Below are positions 1-12,855 of a DNA stretch of 64,000 bases, one piece after another (positions within the stretch are counted from its first letter, which is position 1; each line of letters starts with the position of its first letter). Position numbers and translations under genes: made by a program. This DNA comes from Glaucostegus cemiculus (lineage: Eukaryota), in NCBI GenBank assembly GCA_976551045.1, contig CDPCPM010000180.1:1922001-1986000 (forward strand), written 5' to 3'. The notes below the pieces were generated by a model that was not told the DNA's origin, searched no databases, and saw nothing but the letters and a program-made list of their open reading frames with translations.

Positions 1-37
1 AGGAACTCCATGGTATTCATAAATGAAAATCAAAACA

Positions 38-190
38 ACTGGGGATGCTGGAAGTCTGAAATTAAAACAAAAAAATGCTGGAAGCACTCAGCATATCAAG
101 CAACATTTCTGACCTGAAGAGTTAACTCTGTTTCTCTTTCCACAGATAGATGCTGCTTAACCCCAGTGAGTGTTGCAGTTGCTATTTCAG
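38..190. repeat. Penelope-derived fold-back element, partly deleted
   Basis: gatgctggaagtctgaaa...tgctggaagcactcagca arm followed by inverted gacctgaagagttaactctgtttctctttccacagat arm. Confidence 0.6.
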
Positions 191-608
191 TGATACTGGT
201 AGCAGTTGTAGCGCTTGTACTAACTTCTCTGCTTACGTTTGTTAAATCGTCATTATAAATTGGGACTGTTAACCTTTTTGGTTCAGGTACTCATTGGATA
301 ATCTCACTGCACCATTATGGAAAACTTACTAATGATGTAGCAGCAAAATAAAAAATCTAATTTTGATAATTAAGTTCAACACGACAACTTAAAGCCATTT
401 TCACAGTGAAAAGAAACAAACTCTTTGGTGGTTGAATGCAACCATTAGCTCAAAAAGAAAATATTTCAAAATGTATTTGATTGCAGATCTGAAACACTGG
501 TAATGTCTTTAGAAGGCTTTGCTGTGATTAAATGAATGTTGAATTCTCCCAATGAGTGAAATAGTTTCTTCTTTAATTAATCACATTGATTTTGATCTCT
601 TTCCTTAG

Positions 609-815
609 ATTGAAGTAGCAAAAGCAGGATTACAGGCATCGCTGTTGGTAAAAGCCCCAGAGACAGGAGAACTGTTTGTGAACTTTGATTCTCAAATCCT
701 AATTTTAATACGTGAAACTGAATGCATGGCCAAGATGGGTCTTGAAATTCCTCCATTTGCCAAAGTATTTCTTCAGAAACAAGACATCCTTAAAAAGAAT
801 TATAATAGACTCCAG
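609..815 (+). CDS. DNAH5: window exon 1, tail ([17 protein letters not shown]...YNRLQ)
   Basis: ccttag|ATT ... CAG|gtaacg; 207 nt, phase 0-0. Confidence 0.93.
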
Positions 816-1211
816 GTAACGTTTTGAGGTGTAGCAGAAAAATGAAAATGATTATCCTTAATGTTTACTCTATGAACTCTGTTTTCTTGGGTACTTAAAG
901 ATGTCTGAAGTGCGGATCACCTGAGGAACTTGCTTTAGGCTAAGTTAACGAATATGGGATCACCATCTGCAGATCCACTGTCTGGTTGTTTATATGCTTC
1001 AGGGAAAAAAAAAAGGGAGAAATTGCAAGCACCAGAGAAGGCCTGAAGTTTCTGGCCCTTTGCAGTGAGTGAATGGGAGGGGGTAGATTACATAACAGAT
1101 TATTAAACGGTGAAGCGGGTTTGATGGGCCTACCCCTACTCCTCATTCATATGTTTGAATTAAACTTGTCTGTGCATGCAAAAACTTAATACTGCCATTA
1201 GTTGGAAATGT

Positions 1212-1330
1212 CAGGTCAGGCAGCATTCGTGGGGAAAGAAACAGTGTTAATGTCATTTACCTGAAATGTTAATTGTATGTCTCTTCCCACAAATGCTGCC
1301 TGACCTACTAATTCTGCCAGGCATTTTTTT
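1212..1330. repeat. Penelope-derived fold-back element
   Basis: aggtcaggcagcattcgtggggaaaga pairs with tcttcccacaaatgctgcctgacct. Confidence 0.7.
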
Positions 1331-1967
1331 GTTCTAATTGTTTGAATATGTTTTAAGATGTTGGCAGCATTCTTGAATACCTTATAGTTTTGGCATCCAG
1401 CTATTGCACTGGGTTTCCTTAACTTCCTAATGCTTAGACCTTTTTCAAAATGACTCAGGGACTCAGTAATGCTCTTGTCTCATCACACCGACATTGTGCA
1501 TGTAACTGCTACAGCACCAGGCTCATTTACATAGGTTAGGAGATCCCTGATGATTTCCAGATTGCCTGTTACCCTGGTGTAGGCAGGAGCAAAATTTCTT
1601 ATGTTGTAGGATTTTCACTCCGCATCATCCTGCCAAACTTGGCAAATCCAGGAAGAATATGTTCCTTAGATATTCTGAATAACAACCAAAGACAGAAAAA
1701 AGGTTGATAAAATTAATTATTCTTTACACTTTTCATTAATGATCATGGAATCAGTCATGTGTAACCTAGAATGTTGCATATGAGAGGATATATAACGTTA
1801 GTGGCTCTTTTAAAGGAAATTAAACGTAAATGACTTCGACCATTTTAAAACAGCTTGCTTCATAGATTGATTTTTTGTTTTGCTTATAATCATCTTGTTA
1901 AATTGTAAAAGTTCAAATTATTTGCAATTTGCAAGATAAATTGTGCTGTTTATTTACATTTATTTAG

Positions 1968-2139
1968 ATGATCTTATCAGAAAACAAAAGAGTGAGATCA
2001 AAAATTCAAGGTTTTTTCGCGCAACTGATAAGTCCTCATTTAGTCAAAGTGGATAATGCATTTCAGCCAGGCTTGACTTCTCTCAACTGGACCTCTCTGA
2101 ACATTGACAAATTCCTGAACAGAATTTCTGAAGCTTTAG
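1968..2139 (+). CDS. DNAH5: window exon 2 (MILSENKRVRSK...ISEAL)
   Basis: atttag|ATG ... TTAG|gtgagt; 172 nt, phase 0-1. Confidence 0.93.
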
Positions 2140-3134
2140 GTGAGTTAATTCTTTGTATTTAACATGCATGTGATTAGAAGATAGAAGCGTGGCTGATTTC
2201 CCGAGTGTGTTCTGTACAGTGGAATCTTCAACTCCTTGATAAAAGGCAGGTTTATTATTTTATTATGGTGCTCAGAGCAAGTGTTCTCTCCTTTAATTTA
2301 ATTGGATGGTCTCTCTTCACAATGCTGTCCAGTCTTTCATATTTCATATTTCTTATTGCAAATATACTGCTTAATGGGCATCACTTCTGAAATGTTCAGT
2401 AACCCAGTAGTAGCTTTTCCAAAACCACATGAAGCCTCTGAGTGAAAAGGTAGAAAATTTCAATGTACTCACAAGATTGTTCATTTATGGACGTGGGTAT
2501 CATTGGCAATGCTGGCATCTTTAAGTACTCCTGAACTTAGAAGGCAGTTTAGAGTCAACAATATTAGTGTGTTTGGAGTCAGATGTAGGCCATTTTAAAT
2601 AAGGATGACAGATTTCCTTCCATGAATGACATTAGTGAACAGGATGGGGTTTTCTGAAATTGGATATTAACGATTGAATTTCACTTCCCTAGCTGCCAAT
2701 GTAGGAATCAAATTCCAGAAATCTGGCTGCTGGCCAGGTAATTTAATCACTACACTACTGTACCTAAATGGAAATTCCCGGATATGAAAGACATTTTGTT
2801 ATGTTTGAATATACACCCCTTACCGATTCCGGAAAACTCAGTACGTCAGATGATAATTGTGGTACAGTTACTCAATAACTTCAAATCTTCAACTATATCT
2901 GAAATTTAATATGAATTAGTTAATATAATAATAGTGTGATCACAGAACCATCATACATTGGGTACTTATTGATTAAAGTTTACATTTACAAGATGTATAT
3001 AGTAAAATACAAATAAATTAAATTCTGAATTATTTTCCTGCACATTTCGATATATTTGTATAACAAACTTATTCTTAATATCAGTTAAGAGTTTTTATTT
3101 TCATGGCTCTTTCTGGACAGTTATTTTGCGAGAG

Positions 3135-3471
3135 CCCTCCAACAGACTGTGCAATAGCTTTTTCCCCACAAACAATAAGAACCATGAACTCCCTCATTGC
3201 TCCATCCTTCCTGCCAACATCAAAGGATGCTAGGTATACAAAAATGCACCAGCACTTTACATGTCCAATGACTGCTTACGTTCATTCCAAGAATGTTTTG
3301 AGTCCCTTTTTAATTTTTGCGGTTCCAATTTTGTTAATGTCTTTCTATCTTTGCATCTCTCATTGTTTTTTTTAATGTGACCAGCACCTTGATCTGTGGA
3401 GTACAGTATTTCGCTCCCATGCATGCTGAATGTGTATATGGAAGTGACAATAAAACTGATTCTGATTCTGA
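3135..3471 (+). mobile_element. Rex1/Babar LINE 3' fragment, same family as 20116-20760
   Basis: Decayed RLxNSFFPQxIR coding end; 3' end gtgacaataaaa(ctgatt)n nearly identical to the 20116 copy. Confidence 0.75.
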
Positions 3472-3820
3472 ACAAGTCATTCACAGCCATCAGTAGGAGA
3501 GTGGTATCCTAGGTCACCTGCTGATTTTCTTCCCAATAAGGGAACAACAGACATGTACCCTATTGACAATAGAGATGAAGTTCTTGCGCACAAGGAAAAA
3601 TTTTTCAGATTGTCTGGCCACAGGGATTCAGGACAGATCTGAGAGCATCTCATCGAGGAAAGAAGTCAGTGTGTTAACCTCACATTCTGTGGCAAGTTGG
3701 AGAACCGACAAATTGTGGCATGCACCACATTAATAATGTTTGCTTTATTTTAAACAACATGTAAACAATCTTCTGATAAGAATCACTTTTGTTTTTAATT
3801 TTGTACATGACAACTTGCAG

Positions 3821-3966
3821 AGGAACTTGAACTCCTATTGAATCGTGTAAATGACTTGATAGAATTTCGCATTGATGCAGTACTTCAAGATATGAGCACA
3901 ATACAGTTATGTAAATTACCTGAGGAAGATCCTATTTATTGTGATGAATTTGTACAGGAAACTAAG
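3821..3966 (+). CDS. DNAH5: window exon 3 ([21 protein letters not shown]...QETK)
   Basis: ttgcag|AG ... AAG|gtatgt; 146 nt, phase 1-0; absent from ORF track. Confidence 0.93.
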
Positions 3967-4544
3967 GTATGTGAAGTGCAGTTATGAACTGTCCATGTTC
4001 AAATTGAAGACTGGTTTAGTTGACCAATGGAAAAAAAAATCATGAGTAATTACATGATTATGAAAATTAGTTACAATTAGTTTTGATTGCACCATTTAGC
4101 AATTTGTATATGACTACTTCTGGATGTTTCCCTAGATTTTGTAGCAACATCATTGAGTTTCCTGCTGTTGAACTGGTAATTTGCTTCAGCTAACTTAGTG
4201 ACGTTTATGAAACATAGCACGAACTCAAGTCAGCTGATCCTAGAGAAAGTGAGTGGTTTCTGACACAAAAGAGACCTTAAAAGTAAGATTTCTCTCATTA
4301 TAATTCCTTTTCCTATTATCAGGCTGCCAAAGAATCTGAAAATCCAACTGAATCAGTTCATTTATCAGAACTAGCTTCTCAATGTTGCATTATGAAGAGT
4401 GAGATTGTAATAGTTTTCAGTATTATGTGGACCAAAACATTAAAAGGTTAAACAATAATGAAGATACCTTGACTTTATCATCTCTTCGGAAATATTATTG
4501 TGTTCTAATTAATTGTTTGGTAGAATAGAAAATTATTGAGAAGC

Positions 4545-4750
4545 AAACAATGGCAGATGCGAACATCTGAAACTAAAGTAAATGCTGGAGATGCTCAGCA
4601 AATCAGGCAGCATATCTGGAGAAGGAATAGGCTAAAAATTTAGGGTTGATGACCTTTCACCATAAGATCATAGATCTGAAACATTAAGCTTGTTTCTCTC
4701 TCCACAGATGACCTACTGAGTATCTCCAGCAAATTTTATTTCTATTTTAG
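4545..4750. repeat. Penelope-derived fold-back element
   Basis: tgctggagatgctcagca pairs with tactgagtatctccagca. Confidence 0.7.
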
Positions 4751-5569
4751 TTTTACCATTTATGGGGAAGTATAAACATGCTGGTAAAGTGCATGTTGAA
4801 TAAGCTTGTAACCTGAACTTCAAGGATAGTCAATGATCTAGTGGAGGAAAATGTATATTCTGTATGTGTGCTGAATTGTGCTGACAGTTCCAAAGGGGTG
4901 TGTATGCTGGGTATTTGTGTCTCAGCATGCCTTGGTCTTTTTAGGCATGCAGGGTGAAAGGCAGAAGTCCAAGAGAAGCTGGAGGTCATACATACTGGTG
5001 CAAATGATATTAACTTTATTGCTGGGTTCACCATGCAATCATCAACCCCGTGGAAAAGTCCAGACAAGTTATTCACCGGTTACTTTCTTTTTCTTTATTT
5101 TAATATTTTAAATTATTTATTAGTATTTGTATCTGTTTTTATGAAATCCATTTATTTTTAACATTTTTGAACCCGTTTGAATGATGTATTAATATTTCCA
5201 TGAAAGACATTTTACCTCATTTGCTTTGAATGCACAGTTGATTAGATGGCTGCATATTTGGTTCAATGTTGTCATTGACATTAGAGTGGCTTAGCTGCTG
5301 TAGATGACAGCAATTAATAAATAATCATTTGATGCAGAAAAGATCCTTCATGGTAACAGTCATTCCAAACTTTTAATACAGTATGCACCAAGGAATGATC
5401 AGTCAGAGGAAAAAAATGTAGATATGAGTAACTATTTCATTATATTTTGTTATTTAAAAAAAACTTGGAAACTATATAGGAAGGCATGCAAGCATATTGA
5501 ATAGTGGTATCATCAGCATTTAGCTTATGTTGAGATTAATTGGTGCAGAGTATTCAAGGTTTGCCAACT

Positions 5570-7490
5570 TAGAATATAGAACAATACAGCACAGGAACGG
5601 GTCCTGTGGCTCATAATGTCTGTGCCAGCCATGATACTAATGTGATCCCATCTGTCCACATAGTCTCTATGTTTCCATACTTTGCCTGTTTATATGCCTG
5701 TCTAAGCACTGCTTAAGTGTTGCTATTGTATCTGCTTCCACTAACTCCCCTGGCAGCATGTTCCAGGCACCTACCACTCTTTGTGGGGGAAAAGGAAAAC
5801 TTGCCTTGCAAAGCCCCTTTAAACTTTTCCCTTCTTGCCTTAAACTTATGTCGTCAAGTATTTGACTTTTCTACGCTGGGAAAAACACTCTATGTATTGC
5901 CTCTCAATTTTACATAATTTTACATATTTCTGTCAGGTCACCCCCCTCAGCCTCTGATGGTTCAGAGAAAATAATCCATGTTTGCCCAACCTTTCCTTAT
6001 AGCTAATACTCTCTAATTCTGCCAACATCCTGGTGAACCTCTTCTGCAGCCTCTCTAAGGTCTCCACATCCTTCCTGTAATGTGGCACAATGTGGCCTAA
6101 CCAAAGTTTTATACAGCTGCAATATGACTTGCTAACTTGTTTACTCAATGCCACAAGCAATAAGGAGGAGCACTGAGTATGCAAGTTATATTCGTATCTA
6201 CTTGTGTTACCACTTTTAGGGACCGATGGACTTGTACCCCAAGATCCCTTCTATGGCCAGGCCAATTTTGAAATCAATAGACCAAGTCTTTGTGGATCCC
6301 ATATACCTTAATCTTCTAGATCAGCCTAGCATGAGGGATCCTGTTGAATGCCTTACTCAAGTCCATGTAGACAACATTAATCATCTTCATCAGCTCCTCA
6401 GAAAACTCAGTCAAGTTGTTTGACATGACATTCCCTAACATGTCCATACTTTTCCAGATGTTAGTAAAACCTATCCCTAAGAATCTTCTCCGGCAATGTT
6501 TCCAAATTTAATGTGAGGCTCACTATTCTGTAATATCCAGGTTTGTCCTTATTGTCCTTAAACAAAGAAACAACATTGTCCATTTTCCAGTCCTCTGGGA
6601 TCTCACCTGTGGCCGAAGAGGATACCAAGATCTCAGTGAAGGCCCCAGCAATCTCCTCTTTTATCAAGGCCTCTCACAGCAACCTGGGATAGATTCCATC
6701 AGGCCCTGATGATATATCCATCTTATGTTCCTCAAAAGACCAAACTCCTCCTCCTTTCCCTAGAAGATCAGCATACTCCTCTCTGTTATCGTTCTCCTAC
6801 ATGTGATTTAGCCCCTATCCTCTGGCTCAAGGCATAAATTGTCCATGAGTGGTCCTACTCTGTCCGTAGCTACCCTCTTATTTTTAATGTATGTATAAAA
6901 TGCCTTTGGGGATCTCATTAATTCTGCTGACCAAGGACATTTCATGGTCCTGTTTAACCCACCTGACTCCCTGTTTAAGTTCTTGCCTGCTTCCTTTCTA
7001 TTCCTCAAGGACCATGTCTGATTTCTGCTTTCTCAGCCTGATATATGCTTCCTTTTTCTTTTTGACTAAATTTGCAACACCTCTTGTCATCCAAGGTTCC
7101 TGTGCCTTGCCATCCTTGTCTTTCTTCCTCAGAGGAACATGCAGGTCCTGAATTCTGACCAGCTGACCTTTAAATGACTCCCATGTGTCAGATGTGGACT
7201 TACCCAATAATAATCACTCCCAATCGACTCTCCCCAGCTCCTGCCTAATACTGTTATAAATTAACCTTCTCCCAGTTCATCACTTTCCCTCAAGATTCAG
7301 CCTTATCCCTATCCATAACTATCTGAAAACATAAAGAGTTATGATCACTGTTTCCAAAATGCTCTCCCACAGAAACTCTGATCACCTGGCCAGGCTCATT
7401 TCCCAATGTAAGGTCTAATATAGCTCTTTGCCTGGTCAAGAAACCCTCCTGATTGCATTTAACAAATTCTACCCCATTTAAGCCTCTGCA
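5570..7490 (-). mobile_element. CR1 LINE ORF2 and 3' end remnant, internally deleted
   Basis: Minus ORFs HYRKDVETLERLQKRFTRM, ATGEIPEDWKMDNVVSLFK, PKAFYTYIKNKR, EPWMTR. Confidence 0.9.
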
Positions 7491-7499
7491 CCAGCTCCT

Positions 7500-7746
7500 T
7501 AGCGATAGGTTGGGGCTGGAGTAGTTGTTGGTATTCGTTGTTAATAGTGCAGTTAGAGGATGAAAAAGAAGTGTGATGAGTTGCAGATATCAGGGCAGGG
7601 TCTGCTAATGGAGAGGGGAATAAAAACGGAGCCAATGTCACAGATAGATGACTCATAGCAAAAATGGCTTATTCTATTATTGACAAGAGTAAGTACGTAA
7701 TTGGAAGTTGGAGAATTCAATATTAAGTCTGCAAGGCTGCAAAATG
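7500..7746 (-). mobile_element. Penelope-like element fragment (GIY-YIG C-terminus plus 3' region)
   Basis: Reverse complement near 7700-7746 reads ILQPCRLNIEFSNF, matching the LQPxGLNIEFxNF end of the 30110 copy. Confidence 0.6.
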
Positions 7747-7884
7747 TAATTTATTTTGATTTTTCAGGGATGTCCAGCAGATTTCCAGCAATTGCTATGT
7801 TCTAATAACATACACTTGGGTCTAATACCATGAATGTTAGATTCCCAATGTTAAACTTTAATAATTTGAATATTTTTTTGCCAG

Positions 7885-8059
7885 GAACTATGTGTGAAGG
7901 CTGCACAAGTGCTGCACAGTAAAAGTTCTTTAGTTGAGGAAGCAGCTAATGAACTTATAAACATGATACTTGATTTGGAGTCTCTGGGTAAAGAAGAAGA
8001 GCAAAATTTCAAAGGGAGCAGTAGAAATGGACAGCATAAAGGACTTAGTGATAATGAAG
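7885..8059 (+). CDS. DNAH5: window exon 4 ([27 protein letters not shown]...SDNE)
   Basis: tgccag|GAA ... GAAG|gtaaaa; 175 nt, phase 0-1. Confidence 0.88.
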
Positions 8060-8319
8060 GTAAAAAGTGAAATAACAATGATATTGAAAATTAAAGACTT
8101 GCAAAAGGTGTCTTTTGCTTTTTAGATATTAACTGTGTAGGAATGGCAAAAGATTTGATATATTTACTGTTATTGTTAATAAGATGTATTGTAATGCATA
8201 TTTAAATTTATATTTTTTCCTATATTAACAAAGCACGAAATAGATAATGTTCTTTTTCATATTTGCCAAATGTAAATCAGTGGGGAAAAAATTATAATAT
8301 CTATCAAATATCCTTCTAG

Positions 8320-8562
8320 CCAAAGAAAGAAACTGTGAAAAACGTTCCTTCTATCATAATGCAGGCCACCAGATGAGCAGTGGTCTCCCATCTCCATTAA
8401 CAAGAAGGAAAAGGAAAGACTTAGAGTTAATGGAAGAAGAAGCACAGGAACTGCTGTCCTACTTCAGCCACAGAAATGTTGATGCATTGCTGAAGGTCAC
8501 CCGCAACACTCTGGAGACAATGCGTAAACGCATTCATTCATCTTCACTCCTATATTTCATAG
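8320..8562 (+). CDS. DNAH5: window exon 5 (AKERNCEK...[28 protein letters not shown]...YFI)
   Basis: ttctag|CC ... ATAG|gtatga; 243 nt, phase 1-1; a second in-frame acceptor would start at 8365. Confidence 0.85.
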
Positions 8563-8990
8563 GTATGAGTCAATGCAGTGCAAACATTGTACAATTAATA
8601 TGATAAATAGGACATTGCTGATTCAGTAGATGCTTGCAAAGCAAGGAGGAGTGTGGACAGATTTTTAAATATGTGCATAAGTATTTTTGCAGAGCATAAG
8701 TTACCGGCCAATATGAATTTGGTAATTTTAAAAGTGCTGACAGAATTTCAGCAGAGATAGCATTTTGATGCAAAACAGAATATTATTAAATCTTCTCATA
8801 CATACTCATAACTTGCCAGTTAAAAAGTGATGTGAAAGTAACCTGTCTTTACTCTCAGCTTGCAGCAGCAATGTTACAGTGCAATTGTAGAAATAAAATT
8901 AAATTTTATTCAAAGGAAATTTTAAACTTTTAGGGAGGGAAAGGCTTTCTTAACCACCTTTTAAGTGTATTGTTTTGATTTTCCTTATAG

Positions 8991-9181
8991 AAAATGAAAA
9001 TTCCAATAAACAGAAGCAGTCGTGCCACCCCATCTTCAGAACTAATATTACATTGTCTATTCCTAATATAACCATTATACCTGCATTGGATGAAGTACAA
9101 CAGGCTCTGAATAAAACAGTGGAGTATATTGTTAGTGTCTCAAGAGGGGTTGGCCAATGGAGTAAGGAAAGAATTCCTAAG
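8991..9181 (+). CDS. DNAH5: window exon 6 (NENSNKQKQSCHPIFRTNITLSIPNI...RIPK)
   Basis: ttatag|AA ... AAG|gtttat; 191 nt, phase 1-0. Confidence 0.9.
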
Positions 9182-9279
9182 GTTTATTTTGATTATTAAT
9201 TATTTTATCTTCTGCTAATTGAGCATATTCTAAAATTCTGTAGTTTTCTATTAATAATTGCCTCTTCTTACACATGCAG

Positions 9280-9379
9280 AAAAAAATGAGTGAAAGGAAG
9301 AGTGTAGCAGTGAGGCGTGGCAGCAGAGACAGTGATTGGGAAGATGGAGTCACAGAAGCCGCAATCAGAAGTGTTCTTG
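9280..9379 (+). CDS. DNAH5: window exon 7 (KKMSERKSVAVRRGSRDSDWED...SVL)
   Basis: atgcag|AAA ... CTTG|gtaatg; 100 nt, phase 0-1; follows a 98-nt intron. Confidence 0.82.
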
Positions 9380-9709
9380 GTAATGTGGCAAATGCTCCAA
9401 ATTATTCCAAAATGCATGTAATTATTTCGAAGCATAGCATTTTCTCATACATTTCTGCAATAATTAACCAAGTTCTAGGTCCCATGCCCTTTCACCCTAT
9501 GTTGTTGTTTTGGTAAGCATTGGAGAATACCTGGACTTTCTGTGAAGCCCCAAGGTTTTAAGTGAAAATCAAGGTCCTCACTTTTGTCCCATGTCAGATC
9601 CCTCAGTTACCAGCCGCACAGAAATGAAAGGTTTTGATGCACTTTCCCTAATGTATTTGTTCACATTCTCCTAAATTAGTTACTTTCACAAACCTACCTG
9701 CATAAAACA

Positions 9710-10735
9710 TTTTCTTGGTGGTAGGAGGCAAGGAGTGGTGGTGGTGAGTTGTTTTACAGATTGGTGTGGCCGATGGTGTGCTGCAGGGATCGGTGCTGGG
9801 TCCACTGTTGTTTGTCATCTATATTAATGATTTGGATGAGAATGTTGGTAGCATGATTAGTAATGTTGCTGGTGACATCAAAATTGTTGGTGGAGTAGAC
9901 GGTGAAAAAGGTTATTGAGGTTACAACAGAATATAGAGCAACTGGGAGAGGCCAATGGAGTAAGGAATGGCAGATGGAATTTAACTCTGTTAAGTGCAAA
10001 GTGACATATTTTGGGATGTTAAACTAGGGCAGGAGATACACAATTAATGACAGGGTCCTGGGAGTGTTGTTGAACAGGGAGACCTTGGGGTCCAAGTACA
10101 TAGTTCCATGAAAATGTGAACACAGGTAGACAGTGTGGTGCAGTAGGCATATGCCATGTTTCTCTTTATTGGCTGAAACTTTGAGTATAAGAGTTGGGAT
10201 GTCATGTTACAGTTGTACACTTGGAGCCACAGTTGGAGTATTGGGTGCAATTCTGGTACCCCACTATAAGAAGAACAGGATTAAGCTAGAGAGGGTGCAG
10301 AAAAGATTCACGAGGATGTTACCTGGGTTATCAGGAGAGGTTGGATAGATGAGGACTGTTTTCCCTGGAGTGAAGGAGGCTGAGAGGTGACAAAAAGAAA
10401 GTCTATAAAATTATGAGAGGCATATCAGCTATATAGCCAATGTCGGAAAATAGAGGGTACAGGTTTAAGGTGAGAGGGAGGAGGTTTAAAGGAAAACTGA
10501 GGTGTAAAGGATACAAGTAGAAGTTGGTATCTGGAATGAACTGCTGGAGGAGGTCATGGAGACAGGAACAGTAATAACATTTAAGAGGCATCTTGACTGT
10601 TACTTGTATGAGCAAGGTATAGAAGGATGTGGAATTAATGTAGGCAACTAGGATTAGTATAGTTAGGTATAATGGGTCGACATAGGTTTGGTGGGTCAAA
10701 GGGCCTGTTTCTTTACTGTACAACTATATGGTTCT
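9710..10735 (+). mobile_element. CR1 LINE RT/3' fragment
   Basis: LQGSVLGPLLFVIYINDLD motif; LERVQKRFTRMLPG; CR1 3' terminus gggtcaaagggcctgttt. Confidence 0.9.
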
Positions 10736-10991
10736 TTGTGCCAGTTAGTGCAATGAGTAGCAATTCCTTTCTCATCATCATTTGGGCAGAAATCAAATTA
10801 CTAATGGGAAAAGGAGTTCCTATCAAGCAGTAATATGGCTCTTTGTTAAATTTCATTCATTTAATGATAACCTGGAACCCATACCTAGAAAACATATAAC
10901 CACAGGAGTTTCCTCTTGAATTATATAAAAGTTACAAAGAGAGCTGCTTCCTACACTGTATTCCTTCTGAACCTGTTGTCTTCTCTTTTAG

Positions 10992-11134
10992 GTAGCAGCA
11001 TCTCTGATATTTCTACATCTGTGAACTTGCTAATTTCTGTACAACCGAAGAACTATTACAAATGTGTTTCTGAGAACAAGGAGATCATTAAACTTGGATC
11101 TGTGCTTAGTACAGTTATTAATTCTACTAAAAAG
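10992..11134 (+). CDS. DNAH5: window exon 8 ([30 protein letters not shown]...STKK)
   Basis: ttttag|GT ... AAG|gtaatt; 143 nt, phase 1-0. Confidence 0.87.
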
Positions 11135-11585
11135 GTAATTTTGCTTGTAGAGCTGACCAAAGTCAATATCTTAAATCATACTTAATATGCATGCTTATAG
11201 AAAATGGTACATCTTGTAATTTAGCTTAATATTAGAAATTCAGGAATGAGAGACAAAATGCCAAAATGCTCATTTACCACCACTTCAATCCACAGCCCAC
11301 TATGCCTTGGCGATTCAAGTGCTCATCCAGATGCCTCTTAAACATTGTGAGTGTACCTGCCTCTTCATTGCTGAGGCAGACACCCCCTGGGGTTAAAAAA
11401 AATTTTCTTCAGATCCCCATAACTTTAATTGCCCACTTTTAAAGTAATATTTAAAATTTGCCTTTGACTTTGCTGAATTTAAAAAAAGGGAAGAGATTTA
11501 GAAGTTAAACTGGCTGGAGCTTTTGACTGAAGTGTAGTTGGTTACTTAATTTTTCAATTATTTTGGAGTAGTGGGACAGTCGTGC

Positions 11586-11682
11586 GAATTTGCTTGATTA
11601 ATGAGTTTCTGAAAGTGTACAGGACAGGGAGTGTGAATTTGCTTGATTAATGAGTTTCTGAAAGTGTACAGGACAGGGAGTG
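11586..11682. repeat. 49-bp tandem duplication, 2 copies
   Basis: gaatttgcttgattaatgagtttctgaaagtgtacaggacagggagtg at 11586 and 11635. Confidence 0.95.
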
Positions 11683-12855
11683 GATACAAATGGATACTTG
11701 ATTGATTTTTGGCTCTGAGTTTGGGAGAAAATTGAAGATATTTCACATGATGCAGGAGCGGAATAGTTTCTGGAGTGCATAATGTAGGTCAAACTGCACC
11801 TGGAGTGGAATGAAGCAGATAAAGGGAACTAAGTCACTATATGCTGGGTGGGAAAATGACAGTGAAAGGGGAGACACTTCTGGGCTTATTTAATACAGCT
11901 AGTCATGTATTGAAGTTAATTGTGAGTTTGCTTGATTTCCTGAAAGAGTTTAACAAAAAATGTGTGAGGGAATTTTTGAAAATGAACACAATTTTCTTTA
12001 TTTGCCTTTCTTGGAAGGCTACAGTGCTTGCACATTTTAACAAATAAATAATGAAAGACCTAAATCTTTCTCACCATTTTACATCTTCTGGAAACTTATT
12101 TTTCTCCCATAGAATTATTTATTGTAATTTAACATGCCAGGTTTATGACTGCACATCAAGATGATTGTTGTGTGCTGGGTGATCAGATTAATCAAACAAA
12201 TTTTTTTAGAGGATTTGACAGGATGAATGTTGAAATGTTGCTTCCTGCACACTGGAGAGTCTAAAATCAGGCTTATAGACTTAAGTTAAGGGTTTGACCC
12301 TTTAGAATGAGGTGATAACAAATTTCAGTGAGAAGGTTGTGAATCTTTGGAAATGTTAATCGCAGATGGCTGTGGATACTGAGTCATTCAAGTTTGAAAC
12401 CAATAAATCTTTATGATGATATCCAGTTTTACCAGTGCTTCTATAGAGGAACAGGAACTTTGTCCAACGTAAAATTAGAAGGCCAATCTGGACCAAAATT
12501 CTCTTTGTCCCTCTCTAGCCAATAAAGCTAAGCCTCATGTTTGAACCTTTATGGTGTACTTGACCCCATGTACATTCCATTACAAAAATCCTACTTCAAC
12601 ATACTGCATTTACAAATGTACTGCTATGCCAGATAATTGTTAGTGATATCTCAGATGTTTCTTTGGTAGCAGATGTGGTGAGACACTGATGCAAAATTAC
12701 TTAATTTTTTGATATTTTTACATTATTGTAATAGCATAACTTACATAAAAAATAACAATTTACAAAGGATTATGGTCAACTTTGTTTTTTCATTATCTTA
12801 AGCTAGATACATTGAAAACATGGAACGTTAGCTACCTTTCTTGCCTTTTCTTCAG

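Noticed and set aside
10992-10998. Tandem alternative acceptors tag-gtag-cag at exon 8
   Set aside because: Downstream AGs are +4 and +7 nt and would frameshift.
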